A stretch of 64,000 nt of DNA, taken from assembly GCA_033581555.1 (NCBI GenBank), contig JAVQSZ010000007.1, positions 37,093 to 101,092 of the forward strand, read 5' to 3'. Each line of letters opens with the position of its first letter. Positions within the stretch are counted from its first letter, which is position 1. This document shows positions 10,412-18,928 of this stretch, piece after piece. A model generated the notes under the pieces. The model ran no database searches. It was not told the DNA's origin and saw only the letters and a program-made list of their open reading frames with translations. The stretch comes from Nitrososphaerota archaeon (GTDB taxonomy: Archaea > Thermoproteota > Nitrososphaeria_A > Caldarchaeales > Calditenuaceae). A program made the position numbers and the translations under genes.

Positions 10412-10777
10412 TTGTCGAAGGCGAAGAAGGAGCAGGTCAGGGAGAAGGTGGTGAGGGGGATCGAGGCGCCGGCCGCGAAGGAGCTCGAGGAGTTCCTGAG
10501 GTCGCTGAGCTACGTCACGCCCTCCATGCTCGCGGAGAGGTTCAGGGTGAGGCTCTCGGTCGCGAAGGACCTGCTCTCAGAGATGGCCTCGAGGGGGCTC
10601 CTGAGGCTCGTCAGCGGGACCAACAGGTTCAGGGTTTACGCGGTCGTGGGAGGGAAGGCCCCGGCGAGGATACAGGCGGCCCAGTCGGCCGAGCTACAGG
10701 TCGAAGCCGCCGGCGAGGTCGCTGCGGCCGCGAAGGGGAAGAAGGCGAAGAAGGCCCAGGAGAAAAAGAAGAAGTGA
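10412..10777 (+). CDS. rps25e: 30S ribosomal protein S25e
   Basis: YVTPSMLAERFRVRLSVAKDLLSEMASRGLLRLV...RVY winged-helix signature; TTG start at 10412; Ala/Lys-rich C-terminal tail. Confidence 0.88.
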   Translation: MSKAKKEQVREKVVRGIEAPAAKELEEFLRSLSYVTPSMLAERFRVRLSVAKDLLSEMASRGLLRLVSGTNRFRVYAVVGGKAPARIQAAQSAELQVEAAGEVAAAAKGKKAKKAQEKKKK

Positions 10778-10827
10778 GACGAACGCTCAGGGCGCGGTCG
10801 GGCCGACGCGCTGATGGAGGGCTCACT

Positions 10828-10925
10828 TGGGGCCGGTGGGATTTGAACCCACGACATCCAGCGATCCGTCTAGCTCAGGCGCTCGTCCCCAGGCTGGCGT
10901 CCACTCCATGCTGGACCACGGCCCC
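10828..10925 (-). tRNA. tRNA-Pro(GGG) with 23-nt intron at 37/38 (10864-10886)
   Basis: Reverse complement GGGGCCG TG GTCC AGCATGGAGT GGAC G CCAGC CT GGG G [intron] C GCTGG ATGTC GTGGG TTCAAAT CCCAC CGGCCCC A. Confidence 0.92.
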
Positions 10926-11136
10926 CGAGCTCTCTCGGCCCCGGTCTGACTATTAACCTTCCGGACGGCAAGAGGCGTAAGGCCAGGGGTCGCGATCCGT
11001 CCGCCCTCGTCAGGAGAGAGCGTACTCCGGAGGCCTGCGAGGGCCTCAGAGTGGTCGTTCCCGGGAATTGCTTATAGGTCCGCGGTGGTCCGAGGTAGAG
11101 GTTAAGGCCGACGTCGAGCGACGACTCGGTGAGCCG

Positions 11137-11232
<96 letters not shown>

Positions 11233-11286
11233 CCTCCCACTGGTCCGAGCTAAGACTAAATTCGGATCGAATCGCGAGATCTACCG

Positions 11287-11508
11287 ATGTTCGGAGGTCA
11301 AAGGGAAGAGCTTCCCAAGCAGGTCGCGGTGCCCGTGACCGTGATGAGGTGCGAGGCCTGCGGGACCTTCCACTCCAGGCCCCACCAGGTCCAGGACTAC
11401 GTCTTCAAGAGGCTGAAGTCCTTCTGCCCGAAGTGCAACTCCGAGACCGAGATGCTGATCGTGAGCATTCACGTCGAGGAGAAGAAGCCGCAGCAGCAGA
11501 CTGCCTGA
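11287..11508 (+). CDS. Small zinc-ribbon protein, unknown function
   Basis: CEAC...CPKC pair, host-like codon usage, 73 aa. Confidence 0.8.
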   Translation: MFGGQREELPKQVAVPVTVMRCEACGTFHSRPHQVQDYVFKRLKSFCPKCNSETEMLIVSIHVEEKKPQQQTA

Positions 11509-11523
11509 AGGCCCCAGGACTCC

Positions 11524-12414
11524 TCACGTGATGACCTCTGCTCCGTCCTCCCACACGACGACCGTGTGCTCGGCCTGCGCGACCGGGGCGCCCGACCTCT
11601 CGACGAGGACCGCGTACCCGTGAACGTAACCTCTCCTGTAGAGCGATCCGTGCAGCTCCAGGTCGATGTCCTTGAACCACCTGACCGCGTATGGCAGACC
11701 TCCTGTCGCCTCGTGGATCCTGAGGAGGAGCTCCCTCTGCTCCTTCGCGAGCCTCCCTGCCCTCTCGACCGAGGTCCTCGGGACCCTGAAGATCTCGACC
11801 GAGTCCGAGTCGACGACCCTTCCGGACGCGTCGGACCTCGTGACGAAGGGTTCGATCGCGTAGACCTTCCCCCTCTCCAGCCTCCCCTCGCCGGCCCTGA
11901 CGTTAGGTATCGAGAGGCCCGCGTGGAGGTCGTACCGCTCGATCTGGTGTCCGGAGAGGTTGCTGATCGGCCTGTAGCCCAACGACGTTATCGCGTCCCC
12001 GATCGCGCCCCCCACCACAGAGACTGGGACTCCGGCCCTCGCGGCCTTTAGGGCCGCCTGCAGGGCCCTCTCCGCGGCGATCATCATCACTTCGTCCGAG
12101 CCCGGGAGCGGTACGGTCACCGCGGTGTCGGCGATGTAGCCGTCCATCGAGACGCCCAGGTCCACCTTGACCAGCGAGCCCCTCCTGAGGACGTAGTCCG
12201 TGACCGGACTCGGGGTAGAGTGGGCTGCGACCGCGTCGACGCCGACGTTGCACGGGAACGCCGGTTTTCCTCCCAGCTCGACGATCCTCGACTCGACCCA
12301 CTCGGCGACCTCCAGCGCGCTGACGCCCTCCTTGACCCTGGACCTCACCTCCTCCCTCACCCTCCTCGCGATCTCGCCTGCAGACCTGAGCAGCTCGTAC
12401 CGTTCCTCGTCCAT
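11524..12414 (-). CDS. map: Type II methionine aminopeptidase
   Basis: AFPCNV, AAHSTP, KVDLGVSMDGYIADTA, NLSGHQI, AIEPF, AQAEHTV. Confidence 0.96.
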   Translation of the reverse strand: MDEERYELLRSAGEIARRVREEVRSRVKEGVSALEVAEWVESRIVELGGKPAFPCNVGVDAVAAHSTPSPVTDYVLRRGSLVKVDLGVSMDGYIADTAVTVPLPGSDEVMMIAAERALQAALKAARAGVPVSVVGGAIGDAITSLGYRPISNLSGHQIERYDLHAGLSIPNVRAGEGRLERGKVYAIEPFVTRSDASGRVVDSDSVEIFRVPRTSVERAGRLAKEQRELLLRIHEATGGLPYAVRWFKDIDLELHGSLYRRGYVHGYAVLVERSGAPVAQAEHTVVVWEDGAEVIT

Positions 12415-12427
12415 GACTCCGGTTAGC

Positions 12428-12592
12428 TCACCTGCGTGCGATCTCCCTCTTCTTCCACCTCAGGTTGTAGCTCCTGCACTTCCTGCACTTCTCAGCGCTC
12501 GCCGGGTTCCTCGAGCCGCACTTCCTGCAGATCTTGTAGTGGAGCCTCTTCCTCTGGGCCAGCTGTATCAGCGTCGCGTCGAGGACGGGCAT
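12428..12592 (-). CDS. rpl40e: 50S ribosomal protein L40e (not in ORF track, 54 aa)
   Basis: Manual translation MPVLDATLIQLAQRKRLHYKICRKCGSRNPASAEKCRKCRSYNLRWKKREIARR. Confidence 0.95.
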   Translation of the reverse strand: MPVLDATLIQLAQRKRLHYKICRKCGSRNPASAEKCRKCRSYNLRWKKREIARR

Positions 12593-12627
12593 GCCTTCCC
12601 GTCACCCGCCTGGCCCTCAATTAATGC

Positions 12628-13716
12628 CTATTCCGGCTCCTCGAAGACCCAGCTGAGGTCCGGGCCCTTCCTGCCCTCGGGGACCCTCTCGGCGAGCGCG
12701 TGGGCGATCAGCGGGAGGGCGATCGTCGCGTCGGCGAAGCACTGGACCTTGTGGCTGTCCCTCGACTCCTTTCCCCAGCTCACCGCCTCCTCCAACGTCG
12801 CCCCGGAGAGCCCTCCCCAGTGAGGGCTGTCGGTGGTCACCTGCATCGCGAACCTGTGCGGTCTGGTCTTCGTCAGGTCGCCGCTGGTCAGCACGTCGAC
12901 CGAGACCGCGACCAGCTGAATGATGTCCTTTGGGACTCCGCCTCCGATGAAGACCGCAGCGCCGTCCCTGAACTTCGACCTGATCATCACCATCTGCTCG
13001 AAGTCCCTGAAGTGGTCGATCAGTAGCCTGAAGGACCTGTCCCTCCACCTGTTGATGAGGTACGCGACGCCGTAACCGCTGTCGACCAGGGCCGGGACGA
13101 AGACCGGGACGCCGGACCTGTACGCGGACGCGAGTATCCCGTCTATTCCCCTCCCGTCGAGCCAGCGGCCGAAGAGGTGGAGGAACTGGGCGGAGCTGTA
13201 GGTCCTGGACCTGTCGACCTCTCGCATGAACTCCGCGATCTCCTCCTCCATCCTGAGGTAGTCGTCCTCCCTGACAAGGACGTCGTGGAACCTGTAGATC
13301 CTCTGGGACCTCAGCTCGGCGTCGTCGAGCCATGGGGACCCCTGCCAGTACCTCATCCCCATCGCCTCGATCAGGTCCTCGGAGACGTTCGCGCCAGTCG
13401 AGACCAGCACGTCGACGAACCTCCTCTCTATCAGCCACTTGACGATCTTCCACTGGCCGGTCGTGCTCATCGACCCTGCTAAGCCCATGAAGATCACCGT
13501 GTCCTCGGCCCTGATCGCCCTCTCCCAGACCCTCACGGCCTCGCCGAGCGTCCTGCCCTGGAACCCGGTCCCCGACATCTCCTCGAGGACCTCGGAGACG
13601 CGCTTCCCCGCGCTCACCTCGATCGGCCTGAGGGGGCGACTGAGCAAGCCCTCGCGCACCTTTTCGGCACCTTGCGGATCGATTCGGCCAGTCCACTCAT
13701 AAGGGTTAAGCTGCAC
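12628..13716 (-). CDS. dys: Deoxyhypusine synthase family protein
   Basis: GFQGRTLGEA, DVLVSTGAN, IGGGVPKD, GGLSGATLEEAVSWGK (catalytic Lys), DATIALPL. Confidence 0.9.
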   Translation of the reverse strand: MQLNPYEWTGRIDPQGAEKVREGLLSRPLRPIEVSAGKRVSEVLEEMSGTGFQGRTLGEAVRVWERAIRAEDTVIFMGLAGSMSTTGQWKIVKWLIERRFVDVLVSTGANVSEDLIEAMGMRYWQGSPWLDDAELRSQRIYRFHDVLVREDDYLRMEEEIAEFMREVDRSRTYSSAQFLHLFGRWLDGRGIDGILASAYRSGVPVFVPALVDSGYGVAYLINRWRDRSFRLLIDHFRDFEQMVMIRSKFRDGAAVFIGGGVPKDIIQLVAVSVDVLTSGDLTKTRPHRFAMQVTTDSPHWGGLSGATLEEAVSWGKESRDSHKVQCFADATIALPLIAHALAERVPEGRKGPDLSWVFEEPE

Positions 13717-13830
13717 CCGAAACCGTGATTACCCCCTCTCGCGCCAATTCAGTCCAAAACGAGATTTCAGTTCCGTAGACCGACTCCATGAGCCAATCTT
13801 GATAAGCACCTTCTGGTCTGTAGCGCCGGA

Positions 13831-16020
13831 ATGAACGAGGAGCAGCAGCCGGTGAAGGAGCTGAGGTTGCGGGTCGCGGAGGCGCGCCAGAGGGACGTCG
13901 GATACGGAATAGCCAGGATCGACAGAGAGGTAGGGTCATCTGCAGGTCTAGCGACTGGTGACATAATAGAGATACGTGGCAGGAAGCTCGCTGCTGCGAC
14001 GCTCTGGCTCGGCTACTTGGAGGAGGAGAAGGACGTCGTGAGGATCGACGGCTACATCAGGAGCAACGCGGGCGTCTCGCTAAACGAGTACGTCATCGTG
14101 AGGAAGGCCAACGTTAAGGAGGCCCAGCTCGTGGTCCTCGCGCCCGTGAACAACACCATCAAGCCCGACGAGAACTTCATAAAGCTCGTCAAGAGCAGGC
14201 TGATCGAGTACCCGCTGGTCCAGAAGAACGTCATCCCCGTCCTCTTCTTCGGGAACCTCTTCAACTTCGCGGTCCTCCAGACCAGGCCGACCGGGATAGT
14301 CAAGATCACTCCGAAGACCAAGATCGTCATCCACAGCAGGCCAGTCCAGGAGAAGACTCTCAGCACCAACGTCACCTACGAGGACATCGGCGGCCTCCAT
14401 GAGCAGATCCAGAAGATCAGGGAGATGGTCGAGCTCCCGCTTAGGTACCCTGAGCTCTTCCAGAAGCTCGGAATAGACCCGCCGAAGGGCGTGCTGCTCT
14501 ACGGCCCGCCCGGCTGCGGTAAGACGCTCCTCGCGAAGGCGGTCGCCACAGAGGCAGAGGCCAACTTCTTCCTCATCAACGGCCCTGAGATCATGAACAA
14601 GTACTACGGCGAGACCGAGGCGAAGCTCAGGGAGGTCTTCAGGAAGGCCGAAGAGGAGGCCCCGAGCATCATCTTCATCGACGAGCTCGACGCGATCGCC
14701 CCGAAGAGGAGCGAGGTCACCGGGGAGGTCGAGAAGAGGGTCGTGGCCCAGCTGCTGGCCCTAATGGACGGCCTCGAGGGCAGGGGCCAGGTGATCGTGA
14801 TAGGCGCGACGAACAGGCCCAACGCGCTGGACCCGGCCCTGAGGAGGCCCGGGAGGTTTGACAGGGAGATCGAGATCGGGATACCGGACAAGCGCGGCCG
14901 GAAGGAGATCCTCCAGATCCACACCAGGGGGATGCCTCTGGCCCCGGACGTCGACGTCGACAAGCTCGCGGACGTGACGAAGGGTTACACCGGCGCGGAC
15001 CTCGCGGCCCTCTGCAGGGAGGCGGCCATGAAGTGCATCAGGAGGATCCTCCCGAGCATCGACTTCAACGAGGAGCGCCTCTCCCCGGAGATCCTGGACC
15101 AGCTGGTCGTCACGATGAAGGACTTCATGGACGCCTACAGGGAGATCACTCCGACCGCGCTGAGGGAGGTCGAGATCGAGACCCCGATGGTCCGGTGGGA
15201 CGACATCGGAGGCCTCGAGGACGTCAAGCAGAGGCTGATCGAGTCGATCGAGTGGCCGATCAAGTACGCTGACAAGTTCGAGAGGTTGGGCATCAAGCCC
15301 CCGAGGGGCGTGCTGCTCTACGGCCCGCCCGGCTGCGGTAAGACGCTCCTCGCGAAGGCGGTCGCTACAGAGGCAGAGGCCAACTTCGTCACGATCAAGG
15401 GCCCGGAGATCTACTCGAAGTGGGTCGGCGAGTCGGAGAGGGCCGTGAGGGAGGTCTTCAGGAAGGCGAGGCAGGCGGCGCCATGTGTCGTCTTCCTCGA
15501 CGAGGTCGAGACCCTGATACCGAGGAGGGACATGCTGGACGACAGCTCCGGCGTCACCCACAGGGTCACCAGCACGCTGCTCGCGGAGATGGACGGGATC
15601 GAGGAGCTCAGGGACGTCATAATCATCGGGGCCACGAACAGGCCGGACCTGCTAGACCCGTCGGCCCTGAGGCCAGGCAGGTTCGACAGGCTGATCTACG
15701 TCCCGCCGCCCGACGAGAGGGGCAGGCATCAAATCCTGAAGATCTACACGAAGAGGATGCAGCTGGCGCCCGACGTGGACCTAGAGAGGCTTGCGGCGAT
15801 GACCGAGGGCTACTCCGGTGCCGACATCGAGGCGCTCTGCAGGGAGGCTGGCCTCAACGCCCTGAGGAGGAATCCGGACACAGAGTACGTCACCTGGACC
15901 GACTTCCAGGAGGCGCTGAAGCTCGTGAGGCCGAGCATCACGCCCCAGACGCTCAAGGAGTACGAGAAGATTTCCGAGGTGCTGAGGGCCTCGGACAGGC
16001 CGCTGCCGATGTTCGGTTAG
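13831..16020 (+). CDS. cdc48: CDC48/VCP AAA+ ATPase
   Basis: N domain plus two AAA modules (GPPGCGKT twice, FIDELD/FLDEVE, RPGRFDR); C-terminus PMFG resembles an HbYX tail. Confidence 0.97.
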   Translation: MNEEQQPVKELRLRVAEARQRDVGYGIARIDREVGSSAGLATGDIIEIRGRKLAAATLWLGYLEEEKDVVRIDGYIRSNAGVSLNEYVIVRKANVKEAQLVVLAPVNNTIKPDENFIKLVKSRLIEYPLVQKNVIPVLFFGNLFNFAVLQTRPTGIVKITPKTKIVIHSRPVQEKTLSTNVTYEDIGGLHEQIQKIREMVELPLRYPELFQKLGIDPPKGVLLYGPPGCGKTLLAKAVATEAEANFFLINGPEIMNKYYGETEAKLREVFRKAEEEAPSIIFIDELDAIAPKRSEVTGEVEKRVVAQLLALMDGLEGRGQVIVIGATNRPNALDPALRRPGRFDREIEIGIPDKRGRKEILQIHTRGMPLAPDVDVDKLADVTKGYTGADLAALCREAAMKCIRRILPSIDFNEERLSPEILDQLVVTMKDFMDAYREITPTALREVEIETPMVRWDDIGGLEDVKQRLIESIEWPIKYADKFERLGIKPPRGVLLYGPPGCGKTLLAKAVATEAEANFVTIKGPEIYSKWVGESERAVREVFRKARQAAPCVVFLDEVETLIPRRDMLDDSSGVTHRVTSTLLAEMDGIEELRDVIIIGATNRPDLLDPSALRPGRFDRLIYVPPPDERGRHQILKIYTKRMQLAPDVDLERLAAMTEGYSGADIEALCREAGLNALRRNPDTEYVTWTDFQEALKLVRPSITPQTLKEYEKISEVLRASDRPLPMFG
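14487..15387 (+). repeat. 82-bp near-identical direct repeat (14487-14568 and 15306-15387) between cdc48 D1 and D2 Walker A regions
   Basis: gggcgtgctgctctacggcccgcccggctgcggtaagacgctcctcgcgaaggcggtcgc[c/t]acagaggcagaggccaacttc; one mismatch. Confidence 0.95.
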
Positions 16021-16025
16021 AGGTC

Positions 16026-16247
16026 ATGGGGAGGACGGAGCTTATCCAAGCGGTTCTGGACGTCCTTAAGAGGAACAGCGGGAAGATGATGGAGTCGAGC
16101 CTGCTGAAGTCGCTCCAGAGCAGGTACAAGGACGTCACGCTCTCCGAGCTGAGGAAGGCCCTGCTCGTGATGGAGCTGAACGGGGTCATCAGGGTCCACA
16201 GCCTCGACGAGGAGCGGAAGCTCATCAGCGTCGTGGGCGTCAAGTGA
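16026..16247 (+). CDS. Small winged-helix-like protein immediately downstream of cdc48 (73 aa)
   Basis: MGRTELIQAVLDVLKRNSGKMMESSLLKSLQSRYKDVTLSELRKALLVMELNGVIRVHSLDEERKLISVVGVK; GAGGT upstream; 5 bp after the cdc48 stop. Confidence 0.8.
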   Translation: MGRTELIQAVLDVLKRNSGKMMESSLLKSLQSRYKDVTLSELRKALLVMELNGVIRVHSLDEERKLISVVGVK

Positions 16248-16249
16248 GT

Positions 16250-17284
16250 TCAGTACCACTGGTCCAGGCTCGTTATCCCCGAGATCCTCCTCTGCTGCTC
16301 CAAGAGCTCCTTCAGCGCCTTCTCCACCCTATCCTCACTGAAGTCGTGCTCGTCGCAGAGGACCCGCTTCACCCGCTCCGGGTCCAAGGGCCTCCACTCG
16401 AGCTTGACGTCGTGGGTCACAGCCGGCTCCAGGAAGAGCCTTCTGACCTCACCTATGTCCACCGGGGGCTCCACCTTGAGGTGCCTTAGAGCCGCCTCCG
16501 CGGTCCCGTGCTCCCTGATCAGCTGCAGGGCCCTCTTCGGACCGACGCCTTTGACGCCCTCGAAGTAGTCGGTGCCGATGAGTATCGCGACGTCGATCAG
16601 CTGCTGCCTCGTGACGTTGAGGGCGCTGAAGAGCCGCTCTGCGTAGACTACCTCCGGCCTCACCTCGACGTACTCCCTCCTCCCAGGCAGCTTCCTCCTC
16701 CCGATGACCGAGAGGTTCCTGACGAGCCTCGGCGACCCGAAGAGTATCGAGTCGTAGTCCTGCGAGGCCGACCCCCAGACCCTGCCACTTCTAGCCATGT
16801 GGGCCGCCTGAGCCTCCCCCTCCGAGGGCGCGAAGACGTAGGGCACGCCCATCGCGTCCAGCAGCCTGGTCGCGGACTCAAGCATGTACCTCTCGAGGGT
16901 CGCGGTCTGCGCGGCGTACTTCCTCGCGGCCTCCAGGTCGCCGGACTTCAGGGCCTCTTCGTACTTCGCGGCCGCCTCCCTTTTCGCCTCGAGCCTCTTC
17001 CTGATCGTCTCGAGCTTCTGCTGGGGCGGCTCGCCGTCGAAGACGTATACGACCTTTGCCCCCACCTCGAGCAGGTTCACGGTCCTGAAGAAGAGGCCGC
17101 TGAGGTGGCTGGTGACCCGGCCCTTCGAGTCCATCAGTGGCCTCCCGTCGGGTCCCCTGATGATCGAGAGGAACTGGTAGAGGGTGTTGTACCCGTCGAT
17201 CGCGATCGACTTCCCCCTGAAGAACTCCAGCTCGACCTCCTCGACCGCCTCAGGAGGGATGATGTCCCCCAGCTTGACCCCCAA
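16250..17284 (-). CDS. fen: Flap endonuclease 1
   Basis: MGVKLGDII, IDGYNTLYQFLSIIR, APSEGEAQAA, SQDYDS, IGTDY, C-terminal PIP-like ITSLDQWY. Confidence 0.97.
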   Translation of the reverse strand: MGVKLGDIIPPEAVEEVELEFFRGKSIAIDGYNTLYQFLSIIRGPDGRPLMDSKGRVTSHLSGLFFRTVNLLEVGAKVVYVFDGEPPQQKLETIRKRLEAKREAAAKYEEALKSGDLEAARKYAAQTATLERYMLESATRLLDAMGVPYVFAPSEGEAQAAHMARSGRVWGSASQDYDSILFGSPRLVRNLSVIGRRKLPGRREYVEVRPEVVYAERLFSALNVTRQQLIDVAILIGTDYFEGVKGVGPKRALQLIREHGTAEAALRHLKVEPPVDIGEVRRLFLEPAVTHDVKLEWRPLDPERVKRVLCDEHDFSEDRVEKALKELLEQQRRISGITSLDQWY

Positions 17285-17332
17285 CTTCTCCCCCTTCTCC
17301 TGCCCGAGCCCCGCGATAACGGTTTCCTCCGC

Positions 17333-17860
17333 TCACCTGAGGGCCCTGAGGTTCGCCTCGAGCTCGACCTCCCTCGCCAGCGTCCTGAGGACCGGGGACC
17401 TCCTCAAAGACTCCGTGAAGACCTCCCGGAGGACGGACTCGTCGGCGTCGGACCTGACGTAGCAGGTCAGCGATATCCTGACGAAGCCCGGGTCGCCCTC
17501 GTCGGAGAGCCCCAGGTACGCGAGCAAGTCCCCGAGCTCGCCCTCCACGGCCACCTCGACGTCCTCGATCATCACGTTCCTCCTCGTCGCCAGATAAACG
17601 AACGTCAGGAGGAGGCATGCGCCCAGCGACCCCAACAGGTACTCCACGGACGTGGGGGTGCTGACGGGCCCGCTAGGGTCCTCGTCGACCTCGAACCTCC
17701 CGGCTCCGGCCCGCACGACCGACCTCATCCCTCCCCTCCACGAGGCCCTCGACCTCCTCGAGTTCATCTGCCTCCTCTTCGCGGGGTCAGCGTACTGCTC
17801 CGAGACCAGCCTCAGGGCCCTCTCCAGCGACTCCACGTTGATCCCGTTGACCTCCACCAA
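17333..17860 (-). CDS. OsmC family protein
   Basis: VNGINV...DEDP...PTSVEYLLGSLGAC...PGFVRI...SPVLRTL; start TTG 17860 or GTG 17857. Confidence 0.85.
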   Translation of the reverse strand: MVEVNGINVESLERALRLVSEQYADPAKRRQMNSRRSRASWRGGMRSVVRAGAGRFEVDEDPSGPVSTPTSVEYLLGSLGACLLLTFVYLATRRNVMIEDVEVAVEGELGDLLAYLGLSDEGDPGFVRISLTCYVRSDADESVLREVFTESLRRSPVLRTLAREVELEANLRALR

Positions 17861-17966
17861 CCCAGGGCACGGCCCTTTCTCCCGCACAAAACCCTTCCCG
17901 GCTCCTCTCCAAGAGGCCGGACGACCGGGGAGAACCTTTATCCGGCCTAAGGGCTCGGGGCCGCGG

Positions 17967-18911
17967 ATGAGGAGGAGGGTGCTGCTCAACGCGGGCGAAG
18001 AGTGGCCGTCGGACCTGATCGCGGAGATCTCGAAGCACGCCGAGGTCGTGAGGTACGGCTCGGCCACGCTCGAGGACCTGAGGGAGGCCGAAGTCTTGGT
18101 GACGTTCAACCTCAACGCCGACGACCTGAAGCTGATGCGGAACCTCAGGCTGATACAGGTCCTCTCCGCGGGCGTCGACCACCTCGACTGGTCCGCAATA
18201 CCCGAGGACGTGACCGTCTGCTCGAACTCCGGCTCCAACGCCGAGCCCGTCGCGGAGCACGCGATCGCGCTCCTCTTAGCTGCGGCGAAGAGGGTCGCCT
18301 ACTACGACAGCAGGTGCAGGTCGGGCGACTTCAAGCGGACCGTCAGGACCGTCCTCCTCAGGGGCTCCACCCTTGCCGTACTAGGGCTCGGGCCCATAGG
18401 GCTCAGGGTTGCGGAGATCGCGAAGGCTATGGGCATCTCAGTCAGGGGCTACGCGAGGAGGCGGAGGGAATACCCCTTCGTCGACGAGCTCTTCCTCCAC
18501 CCGGACGTCAAGGGGGCGCTCCGGGGCGCCGATGCCGCGGTGATAGCGCTGCCGCTCAACAAGCACACGAGGGGCCTGATCGACTACGCAGCCCTCGGCT
18601 CGATGAGGAGGAACGGGATCCTGGTGAACGTCGCGAGGGGACCGATAGTCGTGAAGGAGGACCTGATCAGGTTCCTGAGGGAGAACCCTGACTTCGTCTA
18701 CGCGACCGACGTCTGGTGGAACTCGCAGGACCTCTCGAAGGACTGGGACGTTGCCTCGCTCCCGAACGTCGTCTCGACGCCGTGGGTCGCCGGGGCCTTC
18801 GGGAACCCCGCGGTCTTCGGTGAGATGGTGAGGCACGCGCTGCTGAACGTCCTCAGGTATTTCAGGGGGGAGGAGCTCCTCAACAAGGTCGAGAGGTCCG
18901 ACTACGTCTAG
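17967..18911 (+). CDS. D-isomer-specific 2-hydroxyacid dehydrogenase
   Basis: SAGVDH, VAEHAIALLL, GLGPIG, LPLNKHTRGLI, VNVARG, DVWW; TPWVAG where TPH is usual. Confidence 0.9.
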   Translation: MRRRVLLNAGEEWPSDLIAEISKHAEVVRYGSATLEDLREAEVLVTFNLNADDLKLMRNLRLIQVLSAGVDHLDWSAIPEDVTVCSNSGSNAEPVAEHAIALLLAAAKRVAYYDSRCRSGDFKRTVRTVLLRGSTLAVLGLGPIGLRVAEIAKAMGISVRGYARRRREYPFVDELFLHPDVKGALRGADAAVIALPLNKHTRGLIDYAALGSMRRNGILVNVARGPIVVKEDLIRFLRENPDFVYATDVWWNSQDLSKDWDVASLPNVVSTPWVAGAFGNPAVFGEMVRHALLNVLRYFRGEELLNKVERSDYV

Positions 18912-18928
18912 CGGCCTCCGATCCCGTC

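Noticed and set aside
10774-10826. Long hairpin between rps25e and tRNA-Pro
   Set aside because: No box motifs; best explained as a terminator-like structure or chance pairing.
12628-13716. DHS with GGGVPKDII instead of KHH as a non-functional variant
   Set aside because: The catalytic SWGK lysine is intact and this position varies among prokaryotic DHS-like proteins.
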